From NCBI GenBank assembly GCA_030167865.1, contig JALAGF010000963.1:1-64000 (forward strand): a DNA stretch of 64,000 nucleotides, given 5' to 3'. The position numbers and the translations under genes were made by a program. The notes beneath the pieces are model-generated. The model was not told where the DNA came from, did no database searches, and saw nothing but the letters and a program-made list of their open reading frames with translations. The stretch comes from Craspedostauros australis. Lineage: Eukaryota. Positions 21,619 to 34,786 of this stretch are shown one piece after another (the stretch's first letter is position 1; the number at the start of each line of letters is the position of its first letter).

Positions 21619-22840
21619 TATTATTCTTTGGCAACATTTTTAGACTTTTGTTATCACGAACACCGGCCATTGTGTCGCGTGCTCTGTCTCAGTAGGATAA
21701 TTGTATTGCACAAATAATTGTACAATGGAATACGTCGAGATCAGTCTCACAGATCGCCGTTCTGCTGTGCCTGCTCGTCTCTCTACCTGACTCCATTCGG
21801 TAGCATACCTACACAATACCACACGCTCGAGGATCTCATGAGTTGGCGGCGTGGCGGTGGCAGAAGAGAAGGTTCTATCTGCTCCTTGAGAAAGAGAAAC
21901 AGAGTGTGCGTGTGCTTGCGTGTGCGTGTGCATGTGTCACCCAATTAGCCATCCGCGTATACAACATGCTTCTTTTCAGCATATACTGCTTTGGACGCAC
22001 CTATTATATGACATATAATGGAGAGATGCACCTGATAGTTGCACCCAACTATTTCACGATCACCACAAGTGGAAGAAGAATACCGGCGGACGAATGTCCG
22101 AGAGCATCGCTACGGCTGTGGACCTTTGCATCATGGGTGTTGGCGAAATGAAAGAGATGTCAGCACGTCACCTCAAGCTATTTGTATCGCACGCGACAGC
22201 AACGGTGTTTCGATAGTGGAGAGTCAGTCGCAGCGCAGTCGGTACCTTTGCTTGTTCACCGGTGCTCTTTGTTTGGAGAACTGAAACGGCGTGGTCCTGT
22301 GGCTTCCGTCATGACAAATCGCGGTGGCAGAAGTTGACGATGGATGCGGAACATGATGTAACGACCGGTACCAAGAAGGATCACCAAAAGAGAGATCTTT
22401 GTAGGCGAGAGTCAGGTGGTAGAGCAACAGTCAGCCATACCCGTCAACGACAAATAGCGCAGTCCCCAGCCGCGACCACTTGCCTTCGGGGGATCGAAAA
22501 GGCTTTTAGGAACAGTATCTGTGCTTTGGAGGCGTCTGTGGAGGTACCATTTTTATAGTAGTGTAGTGAAGCGTACTAGTACCATTTGTCAACGTTTCCG
22601 CGATCAGTCCATCGAGTCGTGGTCAGAACAGTTCCACAGAACGCTTGGTTGATCGCGAACGCGGGTGCGACCTGTAGGTGATAGCGCGCGCATTGGTGAG
22701 TGCGGCACTCGACGAGCAGCCACGACCACCGTTCCGCACCAACTGCCATCCGGGCTCATTGGTGATCACACAGTCCTCAACAGGGAGAGAGATGGAAAGA
22801 CGGATAGGCAGAGCGAGAGAGAGGGCCTCCCCAAGCCAAC

Positions 22841-25008
22841 ATGAAGCTTGTTCCATCGTCCCACGCGCGCCTGCGTCTGAGATCATCAGCTGTCGGTGGA
22901 TGCACGAAGTTCCGCGCAATCGCGGTCCTGGTGCTGCTGCTCGTGGCATCGCAGCATCACCTGCTGAGCATTCGCGATGCGGAGCCGCAAGGCGAGATCA
23001 GCGTCTCGCTGCGGCAGCTGAGGCCCGCGGCCAGCTCGGATCCTGTGCAGCAGCTGCAGCTCAAGCACAGCGCCACCACCATCATCACCCGCCCGCTGGC
23101 CGCATCACAAGGCACCGGCGGACAGGCGCAGTGCATATGCGAGTTGATATCGGTCGATTGCTTGCATTCCTTGGAGTGCATGGAGTCGGCCAGCAGACGG
23201 CATCTGCACAATGGCAACGATGTGACGCAAGATGATGCGATCGGAATGTCCGAGTTGTCCTTCGTTCTCACGAAAGAGCAGCGATACCGCATCGCCATGG
23301 GCGTCGCCACGCGCATGGCGATCAAACGATCCGCCACGGTCGATGCGTCTGTGTCGAGTGGACGGACCAACCATGTGATGCCGCCTGGCAAGTCCACGCA
23401 GTACCTGGCCATCCGGTCATGGCAGAGATGGTCGCAGCAACAGTCTGTAAGGGCGCGGTACGATCTGGCCGACTCCTACATCGATCACACGAAGCACGAG
23501 GGCTGCGTTCCCGATACGAATGCAACGACGGCGTCGAATGGCGTCGGTGTGAAGGGTGGCATTCGAAAAGGCAAGAGTTGCTTCTTTCATGATTGGAACG
23601 AGCCGGAAGAATTTGAGACCATGGAAGAGCTGTCGTGGGGAGAGCCCTTGTCCAAACGAACGGCCGCCGCCGCTGCTGCTGATGGTGCTGGTGGCGGTAC
23701 AAACACTGGTGTGACGCAAGAGCAATCCACAAATCGCCGTCGAGGCACGATCACCGATGCGGAACGACAAAAGATGATCGAGCTGGCAAATTCGGACATC
23801 CAGGGTTACCTGCTAGCCGCGCAGGGACGCAGAATGTGGACGGACACTATCCACGCCCTGCACAATGCATCAGCATCTTCTGAGTCGCCGCTGTCCGGTT
23901 CACGAACGATTTCGCCGTTGGCCGATTTGCTGGCATTCTGTCATATCCTCCTCATTCGTTTCAACCGGCGGCCTATGGTCCATTCCTATTACGACGACCA
24001 TGTCAAGACCATCCCTGCGAAGCAATCTGCGCAGCGCAGGAAGCCGTTTCCCGTGAGCTTGCACATGCGCCGCGCAGATTCGTGCGATCACAAAGCCCGT
24101 CACAAGTACCAACCAAAGGCGTCGCCGTTGGATTCCATCCCGCAGGTCTCCGGCCAGCGCATGTGCTACGCCACGCAGGTCTACCTGCAAGCTCTAGAAG
24201 TCATCGAACGCAAAGTCCAGCGACCGCTGGAAGTCTACGTCTCCACCGACTACGCCGGCACCGTCCTCACAGAGATCGAGGAGGAATTCCCGCAAATCTT
24301 TCACCGCACGACCTGGAAGGTCATCGAGGTGTCGCGCGAGACCTTCCAGTACAAGGGCTACGTCGAAGACGCCTTCCATCAGCATGCCCAGTTGGGACAG
24401 TCAGCCTACGCCGATCTGTGGCATCTCAGCCACGGCCAGGCCTTCGTGGGGCATTTGGGATCGCGATTTGGGAAGATCTCCTACTACCTCGCCACAGCGC
24501 GGTACAACACCTTCATTCCGTTCCAATCCGTGGACGGGCATAGCGTTTGCTGCGAGATTGATGAATCGTGTGCCAAGGTGGCACCGTACATTACCTCCGT
24601 GGAGAATTGGTGAGTGCAAACCGGATTTGGGTTGTGTTTGGATTGTTTCGGACTGGATTGGATTGGTCTGGATTGATGAGATGACTATCGACACATACTT
24701 GGAATGTGATAGTGGCGAATGACATCAAGGACAAACAATCGACGCAACACTTGGCTCTTTATCCTTCTCACTCTGGTTCGTATTTCTGCTCGCCTCCTCT
24801 TCTCTAACAATACACTCGTACTTTATTCTCCTTGAACTCCACGGCCGCCTTGTATCGTATCGCACTGCGCAGCTTTTCATTTGCACATGAGTCTCTCGTT
24901 CAACGACACAAGGACTACTGGCGTAGCGGCTCCGCGATGCGTGAAGAGATTGCCACAAATGTACAGAAGCAGAAGCAGCTTGCCGGTTATGGTGGATGGT
25001 TGGCATGA
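22841..25008 (+). CDS. GT23/FUT8/NodZ-like fucosyltransferase; exons 22841-24609 and 24873-25008 (second exon predicted)
   Basis: Signal anchor, then VSLHMRRADSC (HxRRxD), VYVSTD and DLWHLSHGQAFVGHLGSRFG, matching GDP-fucose transferase motifs. A GTGAGT donor at 24610 and a CAG acceptor at 24872 give an in-frame 45-aa tail. Confidence 0.72.
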
Positions 25009-25195
25009 GCGAAGAGATACCAAGGCGCAACACGAAGGGACTCTGGCGAGAGTCTCATGGAAACAAAGTGGGCTTTAATTGCAGCGACGTTTTCAAAAAC
25101 TACTGGATACTACTAGCATCGTAGGTATTATGTGTATGAACATTACTTGTGGTGCGTTTGCGCAGTCATCAATTGGCGCATTGCTGTGGAGTCGT

Positions 25196-28100
25196 TTAGG
25201 TGATGACGGTTGGCTCCTCGGTGCCGATGAACTCCTTCATGCCCGACAGGTCCAGTGCCACTCGGCAGAGCTCGGACAAGGCTTCCGAGGCGACGGCGTC
25301 GATCTTCTCGGCCTCGTACTGCTCAATGTACATTCGCACGGTGGCGCCAGATCCGGCGGTACCCGAAAGGCGGAAGATGATGCGGGATCCGTCCTCCATG
25401 AGGAAGCGGATGCCCTTGTTCTTGGCGATGGAACCATCGACTGGGTCGACGTAGGTGAAGTCGTCGGACTTGGAGATGGTGTACTTGCCGACGGTCTTGC
25501 CGGTGTTGGCTGGGATGTCGCCGCGCATCTTGTCCATCATCTTGTTGGCACCCTCCTTGGAGACGCCCTCGAAGTCCCATCGGCAGTAGTAGTTGCGACC
25601 GTACTTCTTCCAGTGCTTGGTCACGACGTCTTCGACGGTGACGAGAGGAGCGGATGGGTCGGTGTTGACGGATGCGAGGATGGACAACCAGGCCAAGACT
25701 GCCCAGAGACCGTCCTTTTCGCGGATGTGGTCGGATCCGGTTCCGAAGCTCTCCTCTCCACAAATGAAAGGAGTGTAGTCGGTGTCACCGTACAGGGCCT
25801 TGGAATCCATGAGGTTTCCGAAGTACTTCCATCCGGTGGGTGTCTCGAAGAGGGCGAAGTTCATGTCCTTGGCGACGAGATCGACGGCGCCGCTGGTTGG
25901 CATGGATCGGGCAACGCCCTTGAGTCCTCCCTGGCTGCGGAAGAATGGGATGGCGTTGGAGTACGCCGCGATGACGGCGAGGGAGTCGGATGGGCTGACG
26001 AAGAACTTGGATCCGAGGATCATGTTGCGGTCACCATCACCATCGGCGGCGGCTCCGAAGGCTGGAACGGCCTTGTCACCGGTGTCGATGGACATGCCCT
26101 TGCGGTCCAATCCCATGATCTCGACGAGCTCCTTGGCGTACGTGAGGTTGGGGTCGGCGTGTCCGCCGTTGAAGTCATCCTTTGGTGTCGCGTTCAGGCA
26201 GACGCTCTCTGGCTGTCCGAGGATGTCCACGAAGCACTTCTTGGCGTATGGTCCGTTGACTCCGTGCATGCAGTCGTAGATCATGGAGAAGTCTGGGCGG
26301 TCCAGGAGAGCCTTGATGGCTGGGAAGTCGAAGGCGGTCTTCAGGAGGTCGAGCTGAGTCTCGGTGGAGGAGATGACCTCGACGGTGATCTCATCGCTGC
26401 CATCGGCGGCCTTGACGGTGGTGGATCCCAGCTTGTTGATGTCGATTTCTGGGAAGTCCTTGCAGATCTTGTACTTCTTGATGGTGGTGGTATTGGCGTA
26501 CATCTGGTTGGTGGTGGCATCGGTGGCTGGGCCTCCGTTCTCGCAGTTGTACTTGATTCTGTGATGTGTCGAGGAGTGGCAGCGACAACAATATCATGCA
26601 ATGATACAATGATGATGACATGGCAAAAGGGATGGAATGTGAGTGCGGGATGGGATGGCGCAACGCAGAGAAACGAAAGCGCGTATAATTTCCGGAAACG
26701 CAGCCACCGAGTAGGGCATGGACAATTCCATGCAATGCAATTCAATGTATCAGCAATCGCAGCAATAATCACTCACCCGAAGTCTTCCTCTGGACCACCT
26801 GGGTTGTGGCTGGCGGTGAGGATGAAGGCACCGTACGCCTTCTGCCACACTGGTCCGCGCTCGCGGATGATGGAGGACACGGCCGGTGTGCTGAGCAGAC
26901 CGTTCTCGCCGATCCAGAATCGCTTGACGCCGTTGGCAACACCCATGCGCATGATGGTCTGGATGGCCTTATCGTTGAAATAGCGTCCGTCACCGCCGAT
27001 GAGGAGGGATCCCTCGGACAGGTTGGTACCGCCCTCGCGGATGGCATCGAAGGCCGACTGGACGAAGTTCTCGAGGTAGTTCTCGCTCATGAACTCCTTG
27101 GTCTTCTTGCGCAGACCCGAGGTGCCTGGCTTCTGTCCGTCGATTGGCTTGGTCTCGACGGTGGTGGCCTTGAGTGGGCCGAGTCCTGTGGCGGCGGTGA
27201 GATCGAGATCTCCGGTGACCTCACCGGCTGGGATGAGCTTGGTCTCGTCGCTGGTGTTGACGACGGAGACCTCGCCGACAAACTTGGTCTGACGCGTCAT
27301 GCGAATGAGTCCCTTGACGGTGAGCTTCTTGCAACCGACGAGGGATGGGATGCCGCCGGCAGTGGCCTCCTCGAGGGCGGCGACGAGCTTGTACTTCTTG
27401 CTGTCGAGGCTGATGATTGGGGCCTTTCCGCCGCAGGCTGGGTTGAGAACCGGCTTGTTGTTCTCCATGATGTATGCGTCGCTGCGCAACAAGAGGAGGT
27501 CGTTGCACTTCTTGACTGGCGCGAATCGTGTGCGTGGCACGACGATGGCGGTGGATCCTGGGAAGCACTCGATGGCAGCGCCCATGGCGGTCTCGAGCTG
27601 GATGACCTTCTGCGAGGTGTCGTCCTTTGGATCGACGGTCTTCTTGTTCTTTATCATTGGGAGCGGGATGAAGCCTCCGTTCTTGTCGATGATCTCCTTG
27701 AGCTTGTCAAGGCGGATCCAGAGGTTGTTGGTGTTGAAAAAGCGGTGCTTGCTGATGTCCTGGAAGGCGGCCTCGTCTTCGTCGGCGCACATGGCGGATT
27801 CGCGAAGGATGAGCTGGTTGTCGGACTTGCGAAGGGCGAGGTGGCCTCCCTTCTTGTCGTTCTCCGTGCGCTCGCAGCACTCCATGCAGAATGGTGCGTC
27901 GGACTTGGCAAAGTAGCTGAGGATGCCGAGGTCCAGGGAAGCTCCGAGGTTATCGGAGTTGGAGACGAACATGTACTTGAATCCCTTGGCGAGGAGTTCA
28001 TCGAGACGTCCGGATCCGACGAGGGCGGCGTAGAGGTCGCCGTGTCCTGGTGGGCACCACTCGTTGGAAGCATCGGATTTGGAGGTGGCTGGCTCGAGGG

Positions 28101-29238
28101 TCTCGGCGTCGATCTTGGGCACCTTGTTCTGCATCATCTCGAGTCCCTCCTCGGCGGCGAGCGCTGGGTAGTTGTCCTGGAAGAACTTCAGGGTGTCGGC
28201 GCTGGTGGAGAAGGAATTCATGAGCATGAACTTGACATTGGACTTGTACTCCTCTCGCATGGCAATGACCTGCTTGGCTGTGAGGTCAAGGAATGTGTCG
28301 TTTCCCTTGATGGTGAGGAGGGACTTGGCCTTGTCGAGTCCCATGCCGGTTCCCAAACCTCCGTTGAGCTTGAGCACGACGGTTGTGGAAAGGAGAGAGG
28401 TGTCAACCTCATCTCCGGCGAAGCTCTCCGCCTTGACGAGATCCGGGGAAGGGATGATGGTGTCCTCTGGGATGAGACCAGTATTTCCGGACACCAGCGA
28501 ATTGAATGTGGATTCGAAGGCGGAGATGGCCGATTGGGCGATGCCCTCGGACTCCATTTTGGTCTGCGCATATGTATGCATTTGATTGTGGGATTGTTTG
28601 ATGTTTGGTCGGCGAGGCATGATTCCGTCGTTGCATTGTATGGCATTGCATTCCATGCATGAATAGTGTTGCATCACATGGATTTCGAAAGTTGAATTGG
28701 CACGGTATCGTTCCCATTATTGTCAGTTGGGTGGTTCATTTTGTTTTCGCAGATGGAGTCGCGGTCGGCAATGGCGCGGAATCCAGTTCCAAGTCAAGTG
28801 ATGCACCGAAGTGTGTCAGATTCATTTGCGAATCCGATTCATTGTGACGCCATGAAGCGATGGCCGCCAACAGATGAAGATGCGAACGAATCGCAGAAAA
28901 ATGCAAATGAAGTGGACGGCGACCAATTGTTGCATGAAGGCAATAGGCGAAGGAGAAAGGATTGAAAGTCGTGTGAGGATGCCATTAGGTGAAAGAAGGT
29001 GAAATGGATGCAGCCACCCCTGTTCGTTTGGGAGGCAGTTGTCGTCTGCTGATGAGGATGCAGACCTGTCGAAGGTGTTGCGGTCTTTTCAATATTCAGC
29101 CACAACCATTTGACTTGTTGCGCATTGCACTCTGCTGAGGTTGAGGAAGCTGCGATGGCCCCATACATGTTTGCATACACGCAGAGCTGGATCCAAAGTC
29201 ATGTCCACACTTACGCGGCAAGGTTCGAAGGACGGCAT
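25196..29238 (-). CDS. UGP/PGM: Fused UDP-glucose pyrophosphorylase / phosphoglucomutase; exons 29238-29215, 28563-26777 and 26558-25196
   Basis: UGPase motifs LKLNGGLGTGMGLDKAKS, WCPPGHGD, SNSDNL and RFAPVK are followed in the same ORF by PGM motifs QKPGTSGLRKK, ASHNPGG, DGDGDR and CGEESFG. GT-AG introns restore MPSFEPCR|TKME and DFG|IKYN. Confidence 0.96.
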
Positions 29239-31365
29239 GGTGACGATTCTTTCGTTTGTTGGTTGGTTGGATGGATGGATTCTGTTGGTTCAGTTGCGTC
29301 GCGTTTGTGTTTGCGATGCGTTGCTTTTGGATTTTATGAGAAGGCTGGCGAGTGTTCGGTTCAGTTACGATGCGTCGTGTCGAGTTGTGTTGTGTTGCGT
29401 CGCGTGGCGCCGCGTCGTGTTGTGTTGGATCCAAAGAGAAAGAGAGAGAGAGGGCAGAATGTAAATGCGTGACGCAATCCAATGAAGTACACTTCCGCAA
29501 CACTCATGCGCAAAGACACACAAATGACCCATGCGAAGTGAAGTGGCGACGTCTTTGCCAGAGACACGTACGTTCGTACCCGCAGATCGTTTGAGATCGA
29601 ATCGTGTTCCTCAGATTCGGTATACTACGCCGAATCTTTGCTCTATCATATACTGTGACCATAGTATTTCAATTTGTTTAGGGAGACTTGTGTGGGCAGA
29701 GTTGAACATTCTCAGGTACTGTTGAGTACTACGTAGTATATCATTTCAGTGTTGATACCACGTGGCGACATCGACACCTCACACAACCGCATCCACCAAT
29801 CAGGTGGCGTCATACGAAAGCGAAGCACCGACGTCACGCAACGCACATCGTCACTCGACACAAAACAACACACCCTCTCGCAAAAGTCCCAATGACTCTT
29901 GCTTGCTGTGGGAATGACATCGACTCTTCTCGAATCCATGTCACTTTTTGCATCTCCAAACATGTGAATCCGACGCCGATGACGACGACGACGACAGCAT
30001 CATCGTTGAGATCTTTGATGATTGATGCTGCTGCCCCTTGCTATCATCATCAACAACATCTGCAGCAACATCTGCACCAACATCGTCGTCATCGCCATCA
30101 TCGCATGCCTGCTGTTTCACATGAAATGGGGTTCGGTCTGGCATGAGCGGACGTGCTTTGTTGTTCTTTTCCATGAATCCATTGCACAAGGCAGAGACGG
30201 AGATGAAGATGGAGGAGGATGCAAGATACAAGATGATAGCCTCATCCTCGGCGAAAGAAATGATGGCGTGCAGAGACGATCAACGCCATGGCCGCCATGG
30301 GCTTGACGAGTGCTTTCCGTCAAGTGAACCGCACGATGCATCGAAGAGGGTTTGCAGAAAACGACAGCTTCCATTCCACCGCAGCAAAGAGTCGCACCAT
30401 TGCAGCCCGGACTGTCTTCCGCTCCCAATCCGGATGTTTCGAAGAAGATACCACCGTCACAATTTCGCTGCGCGGTGAAGTCCAGATATCTCGCCGCTGC
30501 AGAGAGTGGAAAGCATGCGTTCGAACACTCGGCGGAAAGAACAATAACACGCTGAATGGGAGCTTTGCATTCTGAGGCACAAATCGTGGTGGCTGCTATC
30601 GCCTGCCTTGCGCCGCAGGAAGCACCATTCAGATGGACCGCACACAAGGTACATTTGCAGGGAACTATCTCCTCGACACGATTTCCAATTGGATCGATGA
30701 ATGTGCGCTGCCCCAAAGCAGGCATGCATCGAAGACATGGCCGAAAAAGGAACAAGGCCTGGCCTTTCCCATCCATGCGAGGAGAAGTGCTCATATTCGC
30801 CAATTCGTTTGCGCCACCTCCGTCGCAGCTGCACCGCGCTTGACAAGGACAGTTCAGCTCGCTCGAGTACGTTCCTGGAATTGCACACGAGACGGCAACT
30901 GCCATAAAATACTGCGACACACCATGTGTCCATTCGTTTGCTGGAAGCTGTTGTTTGCGGGCCCTTGGGAGATGCTTTTCGGACCAAGTGCACTCCTGAC
31001 GAAAGATTTTTGTGATACATGGACATCCTGATCATACCCGCCAAGCTCGGAAAGCAGCACAGGCCAAGATCGATGTTGTTTGGGAGGGCGAGAAGGTTAG
31101 ATTTTGTGCGCGGCATGCTCTCTACCTGATAGCGTTGTTGTTATCGTCATTATTGCTGTTGTCGCCGCCGCCTGCGAAATGAGCCAATATTTTGCTGATC
31201 CCAGCGTACAAGTCTCCCATGTGCATGCATGAGAGAGAGAGACAGTGAAGATGGTGGGATGCAGATATGGCTGGCTCTCTGTGGCCATTCTCGGCCTTGA
31301 GGGCACAAAGCGACGCTCCCGGTGAATGGCACATCAAGGAGCAGCCCGCCACATCACTGTAACGT

Positions 31366-32607
31366 TTAAGCTAGCAAAAATATGTCTTGCGTTGGCGTCT
31401 CCGTCGTTTTCCATGAAGAGACCGAGCATGATAGCTTCGTCGTTACAGATCGACGTCCCTTGACTTGTAGCAGAGACTCCGACGAGCCAACATGTGTCGC
31501 ATGAAAAATGAGCAAAGGAGGTAAGATTCTGCGAGACTCTTCTAAAGCCATTGCATATATATCCCCCTCCTTCGTTATCGAGGCACAGAGTTGCACCAGC
31601 GCACCCACACACTCTGGATTCTCTTCCACATCCAATCCAGAGTCTCGCAAACATTCAACGTGCATCGGATCCGCGCCGGTTTGCTGGCTTTGCTTCTCCA
31701 ACGCGATGCTGTCCAGCGTATCCTTCACCACGTCTGTGCATTGTTGCGTCCTCCAAACACCTTGATCTTGGAGGAAACGCAACACTCGTTCGAACGGTCG
31801 ATTTGACGCATCCGTGCAATGCAATTGGAATTCGAGAGCTCGAAGATGAAGTTCGTGCCGGCCACCTCCGCCAGCCTTGGGCCACAAGTAGTACCTTTCG
31901 CATGGATCGTATGAAAAGGTGAATGGCAGTTTGGTGTCTTCATGCGGCGCGATGGAAGACTCCCATACCAGGCGATGAGACGCAAATGGGATCGCTGGTT
32001 TCATTTGCGGCGTTGACGTCGTCATAGATTGCGCATAGGTAGAGGCCTCACCAATGGATGGAACAGCGTTATTGCTCACGTCGTTGCTGCTGATTTGAGT
32101 GGTGGCGGTGGCATCTTGTCTTTCGACTCCATCAGTACTGCCAATGGATTCACTTCCAGCTGCATCGTTTTCAGCAGCGTCGCTAGACTTCCGATCAGCC
32201 GCGGGCGCAGCTTTGCTTCCATCTTTCGGGACGGCCAAGATGTAGATCTGCCCCTTGGCAATGCCCCATCCTTGGTCACGCCAAGTGCAGCTTAACCCGA
32301 TGGACTGCATCCCTGGAAGGTCATGCAGAATGGGAATTTTCCATGGACCGCTGTGGTATGTCGCTGGTTCGGAAGTCGCCACCGCAGCCTACATTGGCCG
32401 ATAGAATGGGACCATCGCATACAGCGTGCATTGCTAACGAAGGTTGGTGCAACACATCGACGATCTGGCCACGTTTGCCTCAGTCAGGAATGCACACACG
32501 CTCTGCTTGATCTCCTTTGGCAGCACAAGGAGGTGGGAGTTCATGATGGTTGAAGTATCTTCGTTGTGATAGCTTCGCCACTTTGCTTCCTTTAGTGCTG
32601 TCGCCAT
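31366..32607 (-). pseudogene. F-box-like / DQGWG-domain paralog 1, disrupted
   Basis: Aligns to paralogs 2 and 3 but has CAG>TAG at 32436-32434, a 1-nt deletion near 32414 and a 1-nt insertion near 32338. The C-terminus is divergent. Confidence 0.78.
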
Positions 32608-32954
32608 CCTTGCCTTGTGTGGAAATGTGTCTTTGTTGATGTGGGAAGCATCTCGCATCCAGCTCCCAATGCTCTGTCTCTCTCTGGAGAGAGATGTTGG
32701 AGAGGTTTGTGTCTGCGTGTACGCGCATGGTATCATTCATGTTTGTATTTCGAGTAGCGGGTGACGATCAAATCAACACCATGCAAGCGAATACGAGTGC
32801 ATATCAACTTGTAGTTGTGGAGGAATGCACTACATAATGGGACTATGTGATACACTCGTCGAGATTCTTGTGCTGCAATTCGTTTCCAATTGGATTTTAC
32901 TCGTCGTCGTTCTCGTCGTCGCCATCGCATTTCATATTCCTGTTGCATGATACT

Positions 32955-34211
32955 CTAATAGGAACCATCGGAGTCATCTTCGTCACTATCCGAGAAGTCA
33001 CTGTACTCACTGTAACCAGAATATTCACTGTAGTCGCTGTCGCCATCATCATCGCTTTCGTCGTCACTTTCGCTGTCGCTGTCGCTGTCACTTTCGTCGT
33101 CACTTTCGCTGTCAATGTCGCTGTCGCTATCGCTGTCGCTGTCGCTATCACTGTCGCTCGTGTCCCAGTAGTCACTGGAAGAATAGGAAGAGCTGTCATC
33201 ATCATATCTGATATTGTCGTTGGGAGGCAAGATCCTGAAAGATTCCTTCAAGGCCTTCACGTACACATCCTTCTCCTTCGTCATCGCAGTGGAGATTTGC
33301 ACCATCGCACTCACAAAGTCCGGATCCTCTTCCACATCCAGCCCATATTCTCGCAAGCGTGTAGCATCCAACGGGGTGCTCTTCAAGGTGTCCTCCACAG
33401 CGCTCTCCGTCCGCGGTGCACTCCAAATGCCTTGGTCTCGCAAGAAGCGAAACGCCCGTTCGAGGGGCCGTTCAGGCGCATCCATGCAATACACATGGAA
33501 TTCGAGAGCTTCAAGATGGAGCTCGTTTCCGTCACGTTTGCCCGTCTTGTACCACAAGTAGTACCGCTCAGACGAATCGTACGCAAAGGTGACTCGCAAG
33601 TTGGTGGATATATGCAGTGCAATGGAGGACTCCCATACCAAGCGATGAGATTCGAACGGCATCGATGAGGTCACTGCTGGTGATCCCGTCGTGGAAGGTT
33701 GTGCGTTGGGAGGGGCCTCACCATTGGGAGAAGAAGCGTCATCAGCAGTGTTGTTGTTGCTGCTGTTCTCGTCGCTGCTGTTCGTGGTGTTGGCATCTTG
33801 TCCATCGATTGAACGTGCACTACCGACAGCGTCATTTCCAGATGCCTCGTCAGGCTCATGGTTATTGACAGTCGCAGCCTTGCCTCCATCCTTCGGCAAG
33901 GCCAAGATGTAGATCTGCCCCTTGAAAGGACCCCGTCCTTGATCACGCCAATAGCAACTCAATCCGATGGAGTGTATCCGCGGGACATCGTGCAAGATAG
34001 GAATCTCCATGGAGAGTTTCGGTGTGTCGCCTGTTTGTCCATCACTTCCGAAGGAAACACTCGCCGATAGAATCGGGGCAATCTTGGAGAACACCAGCTC
34101 TTCGCGAAGACTCTTGCAGCACCTTGAGAGTCTGGCCACATCTGTCGCAGTCAGGAAGCTACACACGCTCCATTTGATCTCTTTTGGCAGAGCGATGAGG
34201 TGGGAGTTCAT
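32955..34211 (-). CDS. F-box-like protein with a DQG(W/R)G..KG domain and Ser-Asp repeat tail, paralog 2
   Basis: N-terminal LIALPKEIKWSVCSFLTATDVARLSRCCKSL fits the F-box pattern LPxEI..I..FL...D...LS..CK.L. The frame is open upstream to 34397. Confidence 0.72.
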   Translation of the reverse strand: MNSHLIALPKEIKWSVCSFLTATDVARLSRCCKSLREELVFSKIAPILSASVSFGSDGQTGDTPKLSMEIPILHDVPRIHSIGLSCYWRDQGRGPFKGQIYILALPKDGGKAATVNNHEPDEASGNDAVGSARSIDGQDANTTNSSDENSSNNNTADDASSPNGEAPPNAQPSTTGSPAVTSSMPFESHRLVWESSIALHISTNLRVTFAYDSSERYYLWYKTGKRDGNELHLEALEFHVYCMDAPERPLERAFRFLRDQGIWSAPRTESAVEDTLKSTPLDATRLREYGLDVEEDPDFVSAMVQISTAMTKEKDVYVKALKESFRILPPNDNIRYDDDSSSYSSSDYWDTSDSDSDSDSDSDSDIDSESDDESDSDSDSESDDESDDDGDSDYSEYSGYSEYSDFSDSDEDDSDGSY

Positions 34212-34786
34212 GGTGGCTGACGTCTCTTCGTTGTGATAGCTTCGCCGCTTTGTTTCTTTTGATATTGTTGTTGGCGTCCCTGTGTGAAATGAAATGCGAT
34301 GAGATGGAAGAAGAGGCTCCTTCGGTGGATCTGGTGTGTGCAGTGGAGGATGGATACCAGAGAATGGAGATGAGAGTTGTGGATCTTGGTCGCGCAAAAT
34401 CCTGGTTTTGTGTCGAGACGGACACGACTGAGAAGGATTCGTGGAAAGCGTTTCGAATCTAGTTAGTCATAGACTGCGTTGGCCATCTACATGTGAGGTA
34501 CCACTCATGTTCACTGTTTCTACTTTGGGCATGATGCCACGATCAATTCAATACTCCACTACTTGGACAATGCGTTGGTCCCTGCCTTTCTCGAGAGAGG
34601 GAGAGAGAGAGTTCAATCCAAAGCGTACTACTCTCCGCCAAAGTGCCGAAGACTACATTGCGTTGCACGCTCCAGAGAGAGAGAGAGGACAGTATTCATG
34701 AGTCGACCTACTTGGACAGCCATCTGTTCGCGATTGGCTCTTGCTCGCCGTATTTGTCAATTGCCGAAGATATCGCCGTCGGTTTT

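Noticed and set aside
25079-28662. Long plus-strand ORFs 25079-26983 (634 aa) and 26806-28662 (618 aa)
   Set aside because: Antisense shadows of the strongly codon-biased UGP-PGM gene, with no recognisable motifs.
29870-31350. Patchwork of short ORFs (for example 30143-30478 + and 30117-30920 -), possibly a decayed gene
   Set aside because: No motif or consistent splice model could be supported by eye.
1050-32436. RIP-like CpA>TpA pattern in three inferred mutations (1050, 1207, 32436)
   Set aside because: Only three events, and stop-gain changes are inherently biased to CAA/CAG. Pol shows no mutational load.
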